Below, piece after piece: positions 30,375 to 39,628 of a DNA stretch of 64,000 bases. Source of the stretch: Verrucomicrobiota bacterium (GTDB taxonomy: Bacteria; Verrucomicrobiota; Verrucomicrobiia; Limisphaerales; Palsa-1400); the NCBI GenBank assembly GCA_049510745.1, contig JBEKYR010000019.1, positions 26,697 to 90,696 of the forward strand, in the 5' to 3' direction. Both the position numbers and the translations under genes were made by a program. Under the pieces are notes generated by a model, which did not search any database, was not told the origin of the DNA, and worked only from the letters and a program-made list of their open reading frames with translations. Position 1 is the first letter of the stretch. The number at the start of each line of letters is the position of its first letter.

Positions 30375-31030
30375 TGAAAGAGAATTCCGCCATCGGCGAT
30401 TTGCTGAAGGTCATGGCCAGATTGCGCTCGCCGCGAGGCTGTCCCTGGGACCGCGAACAAAACCATGAAACCTTGCGCTACCACGCGGTCGAGGAGGTCT
30501 ATGAACTGCTCGACGCCATCGAGGCGGGGGACGATCACGAGATGGCGGAGGAATTGGGCGATTTGCTTTTGCAGGTGGTGTTCCACTGCCAGTTGGCCCG
30601 CGAACGGGGGGCGTTTGACTTCGAGCAGGTGGCGCGGCGCATCACCGACAAACTTTTGCGGCGGCATCCGCACGTTTTTGGCGCAGTCAAAGTCAAGAAT
30701 GTGGATGAGGTCTGGGCCAACTGGGAAAAGATCAAGGCGGCGGAGAAGCACGGCACGCGGCACGCGCGGGCGTCGGCGCTGGACGGAATTCCCAAACATC
30801 TGCCGGCCTTGATGCGCGCGGAAAAACTGCTGAAAAAGGCGCGGAAGGCGAAGCTGCTCGAACCCGCCAAAGGCCCGCGGCCGGCCAAAGGCGCGCTGGC
30901 CCGGCGCCTCTTTGAACTGGCGCGCCAGGCCCAGGCCCGCGGCTGGTCCGCGGAGGATTTGTTGCGCCGCGAAGTCGGGAAACAGGAACGGGCGTTGCGG
31001 AGGCGCGAGCGCAGACAAGTTTCAACCTGA
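30374..31030 (+). CDS. mazG: MazG-family nucleoside triphosphate pyrophosphohydrolase
   Basis: GCPWDREQ, EEVYE, EELGDLLLQVVFH and RRHPHVF. Confidence 0.9.
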   Translation: MKENSAIGDLLKVMARLRSPRGCPWDREQNHETLRYHAVEEVYELLDAIEAGDDHEMAEELGDLLLQVVFHCQLARERGAFDFEQVARRITDKLLRRHPHVFGAVKVKNVDEVWANWEKIKAAEKHGTRHARASALDGIPKHLPALMRAEKLLKKARKAKLLEPAKGPRPAKGALARRLFELARQAQARGWSAEDLLRREVGKQERALRRRERRQVST

Positions 31031-31078
31031 GAAATTCCTTGTCGGCGGGGCGGGCCGGGGTTAGTTAAGCTCCAGTCT

Positions 31079-32188
31079 ATGACGGATCCTCGCTACGCCA
31101 AGTTGTCCGATTTGCTGGTCAAGTATTCCCTTGGCCTGAAGAAAAACGAACGCATTCTGCTGGAGATGACCGACGTGCCGGATGAGTTCACCGTCCAGTT
31201 GATGCGCGCGGCGCGGCGGGCCGGCGCCATCCCGCTGGTGGAAACCCGCCATACCCGCGTCACCCGCGAAGTCCTCCGCGGCGCCACCGGCCCGCACGCC
31301 GCCCTGGTGCGGGAGGTGGAACTGTTCCGCATGAAACGCGTGCAGGCCTACATCGCGGTGCGCGGGGCCGGCAACGCGAGCGAATCGGCCGATGTCCCGA
31401 GCGACCTGATGGCGCTCTATTCCAAGGCCACCCGGCCGGTGCATGATTACCGTGTCAATAAAACGCGCTGGTGCGTCCTGCGCTGGCCGAGCGCGAGCAT
31501 GGCCCAGGCGGCGAACATGAGCACCGAGGCCTTCGAGGATTTTTATTTCGACGTTTGCACCATGAATTACCCCAAAATGGCGCGGGCCATGATCCCTTTG
31601 CAGAAGCGCATGAACCGCGCCGACCGCGTCCACATAAAAGCCCCCGGCACGGACCTGCGCTTCAGCATCAAGGGCATCGGCGCGCTGCTGGCGGAGGGCA
31701 AACGCAACATCCCCGACGGCGAGGTGTTCTCGTGCCCGGTGAAGGACTCGGTGGAGGGCGTCATTCAATACAACACGCCGACGCTTTATGCGGGGACGAA
31801 GTTTGAGAATGTCCGGCTGGAGTTCAAGGAGGGGCGGATCATCCAGGCGACGGCGAACAACACCAAGCGCCTGAACGAAATCCTGGACACCGACGCCGGC
31901 GCGCGTTACGTGGGGGAGTTTTCCCTCGGCTTCAATCCCTACATTCTCAACCCGATGTGCGATATTTTGTTTGACGAAAAGATCGCCGGCTCGCTCCACT
32001 TCACCCCCGGCCAGGCCTACCAGCAGGCGGACAACGGCAACCGCTCGGCCGTGCATTGGGACATGGTGCTGATCCAGCGCCGGGAGTGGGGCGGCGGGGA
32101 AGTCTGGTTCGACGGCGAACTGATCCGCCGGGACGGCCTGTTCGTGCCGCGGGATTTGCAGCCGCTGAATCCGAAGAATCTGAAATAA
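31079..32188 (+). CDS. Aminopeptidase, M29 (AmpS/AmpT) family
   Basis: NIPDGEVF, GEFSLG, LFDEKI and SAVHWD. Confidence 0.92.
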   Translation: MTDPRYAKLSDLLVKYSLGLKKNERILLEMTDVPDEFTVQLMRAARRAGAIPLVETRHTRVTREVLRGATGPHAALVREVELFRMKRVQAYIAVRGAGNASESADVPSDLMALYSKATRPVHDYRVNKTRWCVLRWPSASMAQAANMSTEAFEDFYFDVCTMNYPKMARAMIPLQKRMNRADRVHIKAPGTDLRFSIKGIGALLAEGKRNIPDGEVFSCPVKDSVEGVIQYNTPTLYAGTKFENVRLEFKEGRIIQATANNTKRLNEILDTDAGARYVGEFSLGFNPYILNPMCDILFDEKIAGSLHFTPGQAYQQADNGNRSAVHWDMVLIQRREWGGGEVWFDGELIRRDGLFVPRDLQPLNPKNLK

Positions 32189-32193
32189 GCCGT

Positions 32194-33069
32194 TCAGCCC
32201 TTGAGGATGACCAGGAACTGCTTCATGGCCGGGGAGAGCACCTTGTTCTTTTTGTAAATCGCCGCCAGCGGCCGCACCAAGTCCACCCCCTCGATCCTCG
32301 CTTCCGCCAGGGTTTGTTTGGCGATTTCCTGCGTGATCGTCCCCTGCGGCACAAGCGAGATGCCGGCATCGATCTCCACCGCGCGTTTGACCGTCTCAAT
32401 GTTGTCGAACTCCATCACCGTCTCCACTTGCACATTGTGGTCCCGGAGCACCCGGTCGATCGCTTTGCGCGTCGGAATGTCCGGCTCGAAACTGATGAAT
32501 TTTTGCCCGGCCAATTGCGAGAGCTTGATCGACTTTGCCTTGGCCAGCGGATGGGTGGGATGGCAGATGAGCACCAGCGTGTCCTTGCGCAAGGGGACCA
32601 ACTCGATCTTGGGGTCGCGCGTCGGATACGCCACCAAGCCCACATCGACCACGTTGCCCAGCACGTCCTCATAGACCTGGTTGGCCCGGCGGTATTCGAT
32701 GTGGACGTTGACAGTGGGATAGGTCTTGAGAAACTTTTTCAAATAGGGCGGCAGCTCGTGCAGGCCGATGCTGTAAATGGTGGCCACGCGAATGGTGCCC
32801 GAAATGATGTCCTTGATCTCCTGCAGGCGGTTTTCGAGCGAGTCGTAGATTTGGATGATCTGCTTGCTGTAGGTGTAGAGCACCTGGCCCTCGCGCGTGA
32901 GGCGGAATTTCTTCTTGCTCCGCTCGATGAGGAGCGACTTGAACTGGCGTTCCAGCGAGCTGATCTGCTGGCTGACGGCCGATTGGGTGACGTTATTGAT
33001 CTGGGCCGCCTTGGTGAAGCTCTCCGTGTCGGCCAGATCACAATAAACTTTTAAGCTCTCGATCTGCAT
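32194..33069 (-). CDS. LysR-family transcriptional regulator
   Basis: SFTKAAQINNVTQSAVSQQI helix-turn-helix plus substrate-binding domain. Confidence 0.95.
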   Translation of the reverse strand: MQIESLKVYCDLADTESFTKAAQINNVTQSAVSQQISSLERQFKSLLIERSKKKFRLTREGQVLYTYSKQIIQIYDSLENRLQEIKDIISGTIRVATIYSIGLHELPPYLKKFLKTYPTVNVHIEYRRANQVYEDVLGNVVDVGLVAYPTRDPKIELVPLRKDTLVLICHPTHPLAKAKSIKLSQLAGQKFISFEPDIPTRKAIDRVLRDHNVQVETVMEFDNIETVKRAVEIDAGISLVPQGTITQEIAKQTLAEARIEGVDLVRPLAAIYKKNKVLSPAMKQFLVILKG

Positions 33070-33210
33070 GCGTTAATTCAACATCCGCGCCAGGATAATG
33101 TCAACTTATGATATGGCACAAGTGTTTTTTTGCAAAAACCGGCCTCTGAAGACCTCACCGCCCCCCACTGGACGCGCCTCCGCGGCGCCCGGTCCAGGGA
33201 GCGGGGAGGC

Positions 33211-35508
33211 TTATTCCGAAAGGACCTGTTTGACCTTGCGCAAGAGGTCCTGGCTGGTGAAGGGCTTTTGCAGATACCCCTCCTGCTCCGGAGAGTCGGC
33301 GGAACGCACGTAGCCGCTGGACCAGAGAATGCGCGTCCCCGGCTTCAGGCGCAGGATATGCTCAGTCAGTTCCCGTCCGCTCATGCTCGGCATGACCAGG
33401 TCGGTGATCACCAGGTCGATCTTTTTCTTCGAGCCGGAGAATATTTCCAGCGCCTTCTGCCCGCTGTTCGCGGTCAGGACGGTGTAACCGTAGGAGGAGA
33501 GGACCATCTGCCCCATCGTCAACAAGAGGTCTTCGTCATCGACAAAGAGCACCGTCTGGGTGCCGGTCAGGTCGGTGGGCGAAACGGGGGCCTCGCGCAC
33601 GATCCGCCTGCTGGCCGGCAGATAGAGGCGCACGGTGGTGCCGACCTCCGGCTGGCTGGAGACCGCCACGCCGCCGCCGTGATTGGTGACGATGCCATAG
33701 ACCCAGGCCAGGCCCAGCCCGCGATGGCGCGAGCCTTTGGTGGTAAAGAACGGCTCGAAAATGCGCGGCATCACCTCCGGCGCGATGCCTGCGCCCGTGT
33801 CGGAGAGTTCCACGCAGACGTAGTTGCCCGCGTTCAATTTCGCGGTGTGATCCTGGGTCGGCTCGGACAATTGGAGATTGCGCGTCTGGACGTTGATTTT
33901 TCCCTCGGCTTTGATCGCTTCGACGGCGTTTTCCAAGAGCTTGACGATGGCCTGCTGCATTTTGGCTTCGTCAAAACTGGCGGTAAAAAGTTTCCGCTCC
34001 AACTGGCGCGAGAGGGTGATCGGTTTTTGCAGCGAACCCTGGAAGGCCTCGATGGTCCGTTCCAGCAGATTGTTCAGGTTGCCGGCCACCTGCACCCGCG
34101 CGTCTTTTTCCTGGCGGCTGAACGCGGCCAGGTCGTTGGCGATCTCGGCCGCTTTGGCGGCGGATTTCTCGATCTCCACCAGTGAATTGCGCCAGGGATG
34201 GCTGCTTTCGGTCTTGCTCAACAAAAGCGAAGCATGCCCCAGAATGCTGGTCAGGGCGTTGTTGAAATCCAGCGCCACCGAGCGCGCCAGTTGCAGGGCG
34301 CAATCGAGTTTTTGCTTGTGCGCCAGGCTGGCTTCCACGGCGGCCGAACCGCCGGCGGCCGCGGCGGGTGGAGCTTCCAGTTTGGGCGGCGGGGCCGCGG
34401 GCGCGGCGGGCGCCGGCTCCTTGAGCAATTGGAGCAAACAAACATCCTCGCGCGCCGTCCCGCACAACTGCGCCACAAACACCGCCGGCAACCCGCTCTT
34501 GAGTCCGAACTTCAAGGCGGGCGGCTCCTCGCGCGGGGGCAGGCTGAGAAACTGCTGGGGCGAGTCCTGGTTTTGGAACGACCAAATCATGGCCAGATTT
34601 CCATCCTCCTTTTCGATCCCGGCTCCGAAGGCGCGCACGGCCGCGCGATTGGCGCGCAACACCTTCCCGGTCTTCGTCACCAGCACCGCAGGCCAATCCG
34701 CATTTTGCAGGACAAACTCATCCTCGCCGTTCCCGGTCGCAACGGGCGGAGGGGATGCCGGCGCCGGCGCCTCACTCCGAACCTCGGCGGGGAACATCTG
34801 TAACAGCGCGCCGCCCGCGCCGGCGGCGGGACATAATTGCAGCCGGAAAGGCGCCATCGTCCCCTGCTCCACCCGGAATTTCAGAGAAGCCGTGGATTCC
34901 TTCCGCGGCTCGGACAACAACTTCTCCAGGGATTCCGCGTCTTCGCAAGCACACAGCGCCGTCAAAGCGGCGCCTGCGGCCGTCGCCTTTGCGCCAAAGA
35001 GACGCTCCGCCGCCTGGTTGGCGCGGACAATGCCGGCGCGCGCGTCCACCAGCAAGACCGCCCAGCTTGCGTTAGCCAGGCCAAACGGCAGGCTGCCCTT
35101 CTCCGCGGCGGCGGATGGGACAGGCGGCGGAAGAGCCTCTTTGGGCGGCGGCGCATACGACAATTCCGGAAAAGCCGCGCCGGAATCCTTGAACAATTGC
35201 AAAACCAAATATGGATGACCCTCCCGCACCACCTTGACCAGATGAGCGACGAACTCCGCCGTGCCGCCGCCCGCGACGCGCAGTTTGACCCGGGTTGTTC
35301 CGCCATTGGACGGATCGCGCAGCAGACTGTCCAGCGGCGTCTGGTTTGCCTGGTCCCAGATCGAAGCCAGGTCGGGGCGGTCCGGGCGGCTGGAGAAGTC
35401 AAAGACGCGGCGCGCCGCCTGATTGATCCGGCGAATGCTGCCGTTTTCCTCCAGGAGCATGGCCGGCCAGGCCGCTTGTTCGAGAACGAAATCCGTTTCG
35501 CGCTTCAT
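33211..35508 (-). CDS. CckA-like hybrid sensor (3 PAS-like repeats, HisKA, HATPase, receiver) lacking the H-box histidine
   Basis: H-box reads SVALDFNN; DTGAGI, FEPFFTTK, GLGLA and receiver DLVITDLVMP are intact. Confidence 0.88.
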   Translation of the reverse strand: MKRETDFVLEQAAWPAMLLEENGSIRRINQAARRVFDFSSRPDRPDLASIWDQANQTPLDSLLRDPSNGGTTRVKLRVAGGGTAEFVAHLVKVVREGHPYLVLQLFKDSGAAFPELSYAPPPKEALPPPVPSAAAEKGSLPFGLANASWAVLLVDARAGIVRANQAAERLFGAKATAAGAALTALCACEDAESLEKLLSEPRKESTASLKFRVEQGTMAPFRLQLCPAAGAGGALLQMFPAEVRSEAPAPASPPPVATGNGEDEFVLQNADWPAVLVTKTGKVLRANRAAVRAFGAGIEKEDGNLAMIWSFQNQDSPQQFLSLPPREEPPALKFGLKSGLPAVFVAQLCGTAREDVCLLQLLKEPAPAAPAAPPPKLEAPPAAAAGGSAAVEASLAHKQKLDCALQLARSVALDFNNALTSILGHASLLLSKTESSHPWRNSLVEIEKSAAKAAEIANDLAAFSRQEKDARVQVAGNLNNLLERTIEAFQGSLQKPITLSRQLERKLFTASFDEAKMQQAIVKLLENAVEAIKAEGKINVQTRNLQLSEPTQDHTAKLNAGNYVCVELSDTGAGIAPEVMPRIFEPFFTTKGSRHRGLGLAWVYGIVTNHGGGVAVSSQPEVGTTVRLYLPASRRIVREAPVSPTDLTGTQTVLFVDDEDLLLTMGQMVLSSYGYTVLTANSGQKALEIFSGSKKKIDLVITDLVMPSMSGRELTEHILRLKPGTRILWSSGYVRSADSPEQEGYLQKPFTSQDLLRKVKQVLSE

Positions 35509-35580
35509 CCTGCGAGGGGAAGACTACCCTTTTTTGCGGAGGGCACCAAACAAAATTGGCGGGAAGTTGACCAAGCCCTC

Positions 35581-36063
35581 TCAAGGCAATGGGCCGAGCC
35601 GCGGATCAGCCTTGAACACCCGGTGCTTGCCGATGCTGATCTTTTTAAAGTCCGGATGCGCGGGATTCAGGATATAGTTGAACTCTTCCGGCACGACCGC
35701 ACTGGGCAGTTTCAGCACGGCGGATCTCCCGGAGCGCACCCAATTGTCGCCAACAGCCGCGTTGGTTTTCGGGTAAGGCCACCGCTTCCAGCCCGCGGGC
35801 AGTTTCGGGGGTGACCAGACCAGGGCGGCATCGAACTCGATTTCAATAATGACCGACCGAGGCGCCGGCCACTGGGTCAAATTAGCCCTCCATTCGAGGA
35901 TCGCCAATGAGATCGCACTGGATGTGTAAACAACAGCGACTCCCGTGGAATTCCAACGGCCGCTATACTGCCAAGCCCCGTCGCCTGAAAACGCGGCGCC
36001 AACGAATTGACGTTTCAGGATGCGGTAAGCTTGAATTCGCACCCCTGAGGCAACGCGGTTCAT
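35581..36063 (-). CDS. RES-domain toxin
   Basis: GRWNS, YTSS..LAILE, PSAVVP and NYILNPAHPDF. Confidence 0.92.
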   Translation of the reverse strand: MNRVASGVRIQAYRILKRQFVGAAFSGDGAWQYSGRWNSTGVAVVYTSSAISLAILEWRANLTQWPAPRSVIIEIEFDAALVWSPPKLPAGWKRWPYPKTNAAVGDNWVRSGRSAVLKLPSAVVPEEFNYILNPAHPDFKKISIGKHRVFKADPRLGPLP

Positions 36064-36485
36064 GAATAGACGCCGTGCTCGATTCGACCCAAAATGTTAT
36101 CCAACTCCCGCAGGCCGACCGCCGTTCGCGCGTACGCCAGCGGGGTTGCCCAACCCAGAGCCTGAATGGGATTCTTAAACCAGTGAATGGCGGCGGGTTC
36201 GCTTTCGAGCACATTCACCGCGCGATAAAACAGCCGGGAAAGCTCCCAAAGCCGCTCAGACTCGTTCAAGTTGAGCAATCCCTCATCCAGACGGCGCTGA
36301 AAGGTCCGCGGATTCAGACGCAGCAATCCGGCCATATCCTCCAGAGTGACTTCAAATTTGTGGGCCAACTCGCGCGCCAGCGATGCCGGCAAGCCGTTGG
36401 TAATGGCCTCAATGAGTTGCGCTTGGGGGAGTTCTTCAAGCTCCGTGAGCGTCTCCACGCTTTTGTCTGCAATTTCGTTTGCCAT
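36060..36485 (-). CDS. Xre/MbcA/ParS-like antitoxin
   Basis: HTH, ESERL, WF..P..ALG..TPL and LGRIEHGVYS; overlaps the RES gene. Confidence 0.92.
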   Translation of the reverse strand: MANEIADKSVETLTELEELPQAQLIEAITNGLPASLARELAHKFEVTLEDMAGLLRLNPRTFQRRLDEGLLNLNESERLWELSRLFYRAVNVLESEPAAIHWFKNPIQALGWATPLAYARTAVGLRELDNILGRIEHGVYS

Positions 36486-36617
36486 TCTGTCAGTCAGGAT
36501 ACGCCAAATTGTCCATCTGTCAAGGGCAGACAACCGCTTGAGACCTGGGTGGGCGCATCTCAGCAACTCAGTCACCCGTCAGGACTTCGGGAGCCAGCGC
36601 CTCGATCCACCCTGGAA

Positions 36618-36747
36618 AATGACGAATGACGAAACCCGAATGTCTAAAGAATGCTCAAATGACTCAATGACGAAAAGTCGGCCCGCCTGAATTTCGTCAT
36701 TGGGGCTTCGTCATTCCTTCGTCATTAGAGCTTAGACATTCGTCATT
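36618..36747. repeat. Palindromic element built from AATGACG units
   Basis: Left arm AATGACGAATGACG...AATGACGAAA; right arm TTTCGTCATT...CATTCGTCATT; 16-nt spacer. Confidence 0.85.
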
Positions 36748-37012
36748 CTTGCGGGCCTGTCGGCGGCCAGTCATAAACACTCATTGCCAATAGGGTTGCT
36801 AAAAATCGGGATGCGCCCGTTGTCGGTCGAAGATTGGGGTTTCATGGGCGGCGTTGTCAGAGGAGTGTGAAGCTGTGCCCACAGAGAAGCAATTTGACCG
36901 GCGCGCGTTCGGGTTATGGATGAATTTTTTTGATTTTCCTTGCGTTTGCCGTGGAATTCCTTTAAGGTGCTTTTGGGAATCGGGTTTTGAAGTGCGAAAG
37001 GCACATGACAGT

Positions 37013-37675
37013 ATGGCGGGTTTAACTTCAGCGCGTCCGACCGGGTCCGGGGATTCGAACGCGGCAGGGCGGCGTTTGCTTCACATTCCGGTCATTCACA
37101 GCCAGGCGGAGATGGGCAGCCTCAGTCCCACAATCCAGGCAATCACGGTGCGGAAGCTGGGCGCCAAAGGATGGGAGCGCAACGTGAGCTTGATTGATGG
37201 CATCTGGACGCAAATCGAGCAAACGATTGACCGCTGGTCGCTGCCCTACGAGAAAGTGCGCCTCTACCAGGATGGGTTGCCGGTATGCGGGCGGGAACTG
37301 GAGATTGTCTCGGAACTGGCCAAGGCCGGCAGCCGCAACCACCAACTGCTGCTGCGCCTCAAGGAACGCGGCGCCACCCTGATGGGAACCGAATCGGCCG
37401 GCCTGCTGGTGCAGGAGTATAATCTGAGCAAACAAATGCTGGCAGCCAACGACTCGGCGACGGCTGCGCGCTGGGAGTCCCGCCACCAGGAGAGCAGCCG
37501 TTCCTTGCTCAAACGCCGCGACCAAGCCATCGCCGAACGGATCAACCACACGCTCTGCCGGGGTGAAATCGGCCTGTTGTTTTTGGGGATGTTACATTCC
37601 TTGGAGCGCTGGCTGGCTCAGGACATCCAGGTCACCCATCCGCTTTATCCGCCATCTTTGGGGGGACACTCATGA
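37013..37675 (+). CDS. Hypothetical protein, first gene of the gas vesicle regulatory operon
   Basis: IPVIHSQAEMGSL, LYQDGLPVCG, RRDQAIAERI and LFLGMLH; ATGA overlap with the next gene. Confidence 0.75.
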   Translation: MAGLTSARPTGSGDSNAAGRRLLHIPVIHSQAEMGSLSPTIQAITVRKLGAKGWERNVSLIDGIWTQIEQTIDRWSLPYEKVRLYQDGLPVCGRELEIVSELAKAGSRNHQLLLRLKERGATLMGTESAGLLVQEYNLSKQMLAANDSATAARWESRHQESSRSLLKRRDQAIAERINHTLCRGEIGLLFLGMLHSLERWLAQDIQVTHPLYPPSLGGHS

Positions 37676-39096
37676 CCACTAGCAAGGAGAAAAGCCAGGT
37701 TCTGATTGTGGACGACGAGGAGGCGATCTGCAAGTTGATCTCCCATTTGCTGGAGCAGGAGGGGTTTGCCCCGCTGGTGGCGCTGGACGGAAAGACGGCG
37801 CTGCAACAAGTGCGCACGGCGTCGCCCGACATGATGATCGTGGACCTGAAGCTGCCGGATTTGGACGGGCTGGAAATCCTTCGGCAGGCCAAAGCCCTGG
37901 ATGAGGACCTGCCGGTGGTGATTTTGACCGCCCATGCGAAAGTCCACGGGGCAGTGGAGGCGATGCGGGCGGCCGCTTTCGATTATCTGGCCAAACCCTA
38001 CGACCATCAGGAACTGCTACAGGTCGTCCGCCGCGCCCTGGCCCAACGGCACCTGAGCCTGAAGGTCAAACGGCTGGCCCGCCAGAACAACACCAGCCAT
38101 GATCTGACGGAGATCATGGGTCCCAGCGCGGCCATCGGGCGGCTGATCGAGGACCTGAACTGCGTCGCCAAATCCAACTTCAGCGTCGTCATCATCGGGG
38201 AAACCGGCTCGGGCAAAGAAATCGTGGCGCAAGCCATTCACGGGAGCGGCCCGCGGGCCAAAGGCCCGTTTGTGCCGGTGGATGCCGGCGCAATTCCGGA
38301 GACGCTTTTTGAGGCGGAATTGTTCGGGCACGAAAAAGGGGCCTTTACCGGCGCGGTCGGCCGCAGGCCGGGCCGTTTTGAGCAGGCCAACGGGGGCACG
38401 CTCTTCCTGGACGAGGTCTTGAACATGCCGCTGGCCGCGCAGGCGAAAGTGCTCCGGGCGCTGCAAGAGAAGTCCTTTTGCCGGGTCGGCGGCACACAGC
38501 CAATCAAGATTGACGTGCGGGTGCTGGCGGCGGGCAACCAGGATTTGGATGCGGCCGTGGCGGCGGGACGGTTGCGGGCGGACCTCTTCTATCGGTTGAA
38601 CGAGTTCACGCTGCGGATTCCGCCGTTGCGAGAGCGCAAGGAGGACTTGCTCTACCTGGCGAAGCGGTTCCTGGATTTGACCAACCAGGAATTGAAAAAA
38701 GCGGTGCAAGGGTTTTCCGAGCCGGCCATCCGGGTGCTGCTCGATCACCCGTGGCCGGGGAATGTGCGCCAATTGCGCTCGACCATCCGGCGGGCCGTGT
38801 TGCTGGCCGGCGAGGTGGTGACCGAACAGCATTTGGATGTTCTTCGCGAGAACAATGAGGCTTGGCGGCGCGCGGCCTCACCCGTCAAGGCGCAAGGCGC
38901 GTCCGCCGGCGAGCTTTCGCTCAAGGAAATCGTGGCCCAAAGCAGGATGCTCGTGGAGCGGGAGGTCCTGTCACAGACATTGCGTCAAACAGGCGGCAAC
39001 AAAGCCAAGGCCGCACGCCTGCTTCGAGTGGACTACAAAACGATTCAATCGAAGATCAAACGTTACGGGATAGACACAAATGAGGAAACACAATGA
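37672..39096 (+). CDS. Sigma54-dependent response regulator (NtrC family; GvrA-like)
   Basis: Receiver domain, GETGSGKE, GAFTGA and Fis-type HTH. Confidence 0.95.
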   Translation: MTTSKEKSQVLIVDDEEAICKLISHLLEQEGFAPLVALDGKTALQQVRTASPDMMIVDLKLPDLDGLEILRQAKALDEDLPVVILTAHAKVHGAVEAMRAAAFDYLAKPYDHQELLQVVRRALAQRHLSLKVKRLARQNNTSHDLTEIMGPSAAIGRLIEDLNCVAKSNFSVVIIGETGSGKEIVAQAIHGSGPRAKGPFVPVDAGAIPETLFEAELFGHEKGAFTGAVGRRPGRFEQANGGTLFLDEVLNMPLAAQAKVLRALQEKSFCRVGGTQPIKIDVRVLAAGNQDLDAAVAAGRLRADLFYRLNEFTLRIPPLRERKEDLLYLAKRFLDLTNQELKKAVQGFSEPAIRVLLDHPWPGNVRQLRSTIRRAVLLAGEVVTEQHLDVLRENNEAWRRAASPVKAQGASAGELSLKEIVAQSRMLVEREVLSQTLRQTGGNKAKAARLLRVDYKTIQSKIKRYGIDTNEETQ

Positions 39097-39614
39097 AAAA
39101 AAAGAACCCAGGCAAAAATGAACCCGCGGGCGAAGCCGGCGGCAGTATTGGAGGCATCCTGTCGGGACTGACCGGCTTGGTGGAAAGGCTCAACGAGCTG
39201 GCGGAAACGGGCGGCGAACTGCGGCGCGGCGGCGAGATTCACGGCGCCGGCAAGGGGCTGAAAGGCATCTACGGATTTACGGTGAAGGTCGGCTTGGGCG
39301 AAGAGGGGGCGCACGTCGAGCCGTTCGGAAACATTCGCACCGACAAGGCCACCGGCCAGCCGGTGGTGGAGGAAATCCGGGAACCGGTTGTGGACCTGTT
39401 CGAGGAGAAAGACCACCTGCTGATTGTGGCCGAGATGCCGGGGATCGGGGCCGCGGACGTGCGGCTGGAGGTCAAGGACGACGTGCTGACGATCACGGCA
39501 ACCAAAGGCGACAAGAAGTACCGCAAAGAGATGCTCCTGCCCGGCAGTTATCCCAGGGAAAAAATGGGCCTCTCGTGCAACAACGGGGTGCTGGAAATCA
39601 AGTGTGTCAAATGA
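39093..39614 (+). CDS. Hsp20/alpha-crystallin protein (GvpH-like)
   Basis: VEPFGNI, REPVVDLFEE, VAEMPG and NNGVLEI; gas vesicle context. Confidence 0.85.
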   Translation: MKKKNPGKNEPAGEAGGSIGGILSGLTGLVERLNELAETGGELRRGGEIHGAGKGLKGIYGFTVKVGLGEEGAHVEPFGNIRTDKATGQPVVEEIREPVVDLFEEKDHLLIVAEMPGIGAADVRLEVKDDVLTITATKGDKKYRKEMLLPGSYPREKMGLSCNNGVLEIKCVK

Positions 39615-39628
39615 AGGGAGTCTGACCT

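Noticed and set aside
32194..33069. LysR as a selenium-specific regulator
   Set aside because: It lies about 19 kb from the Sec genes among housekeeping genes, and nothing in the sequence supports the link.
33114..33133. TGGCAC...TTGC upstream of LysR as a sigma54 promoter
   Set aside because: GG-GC spacing is too long and it faces away from the LysR gene.
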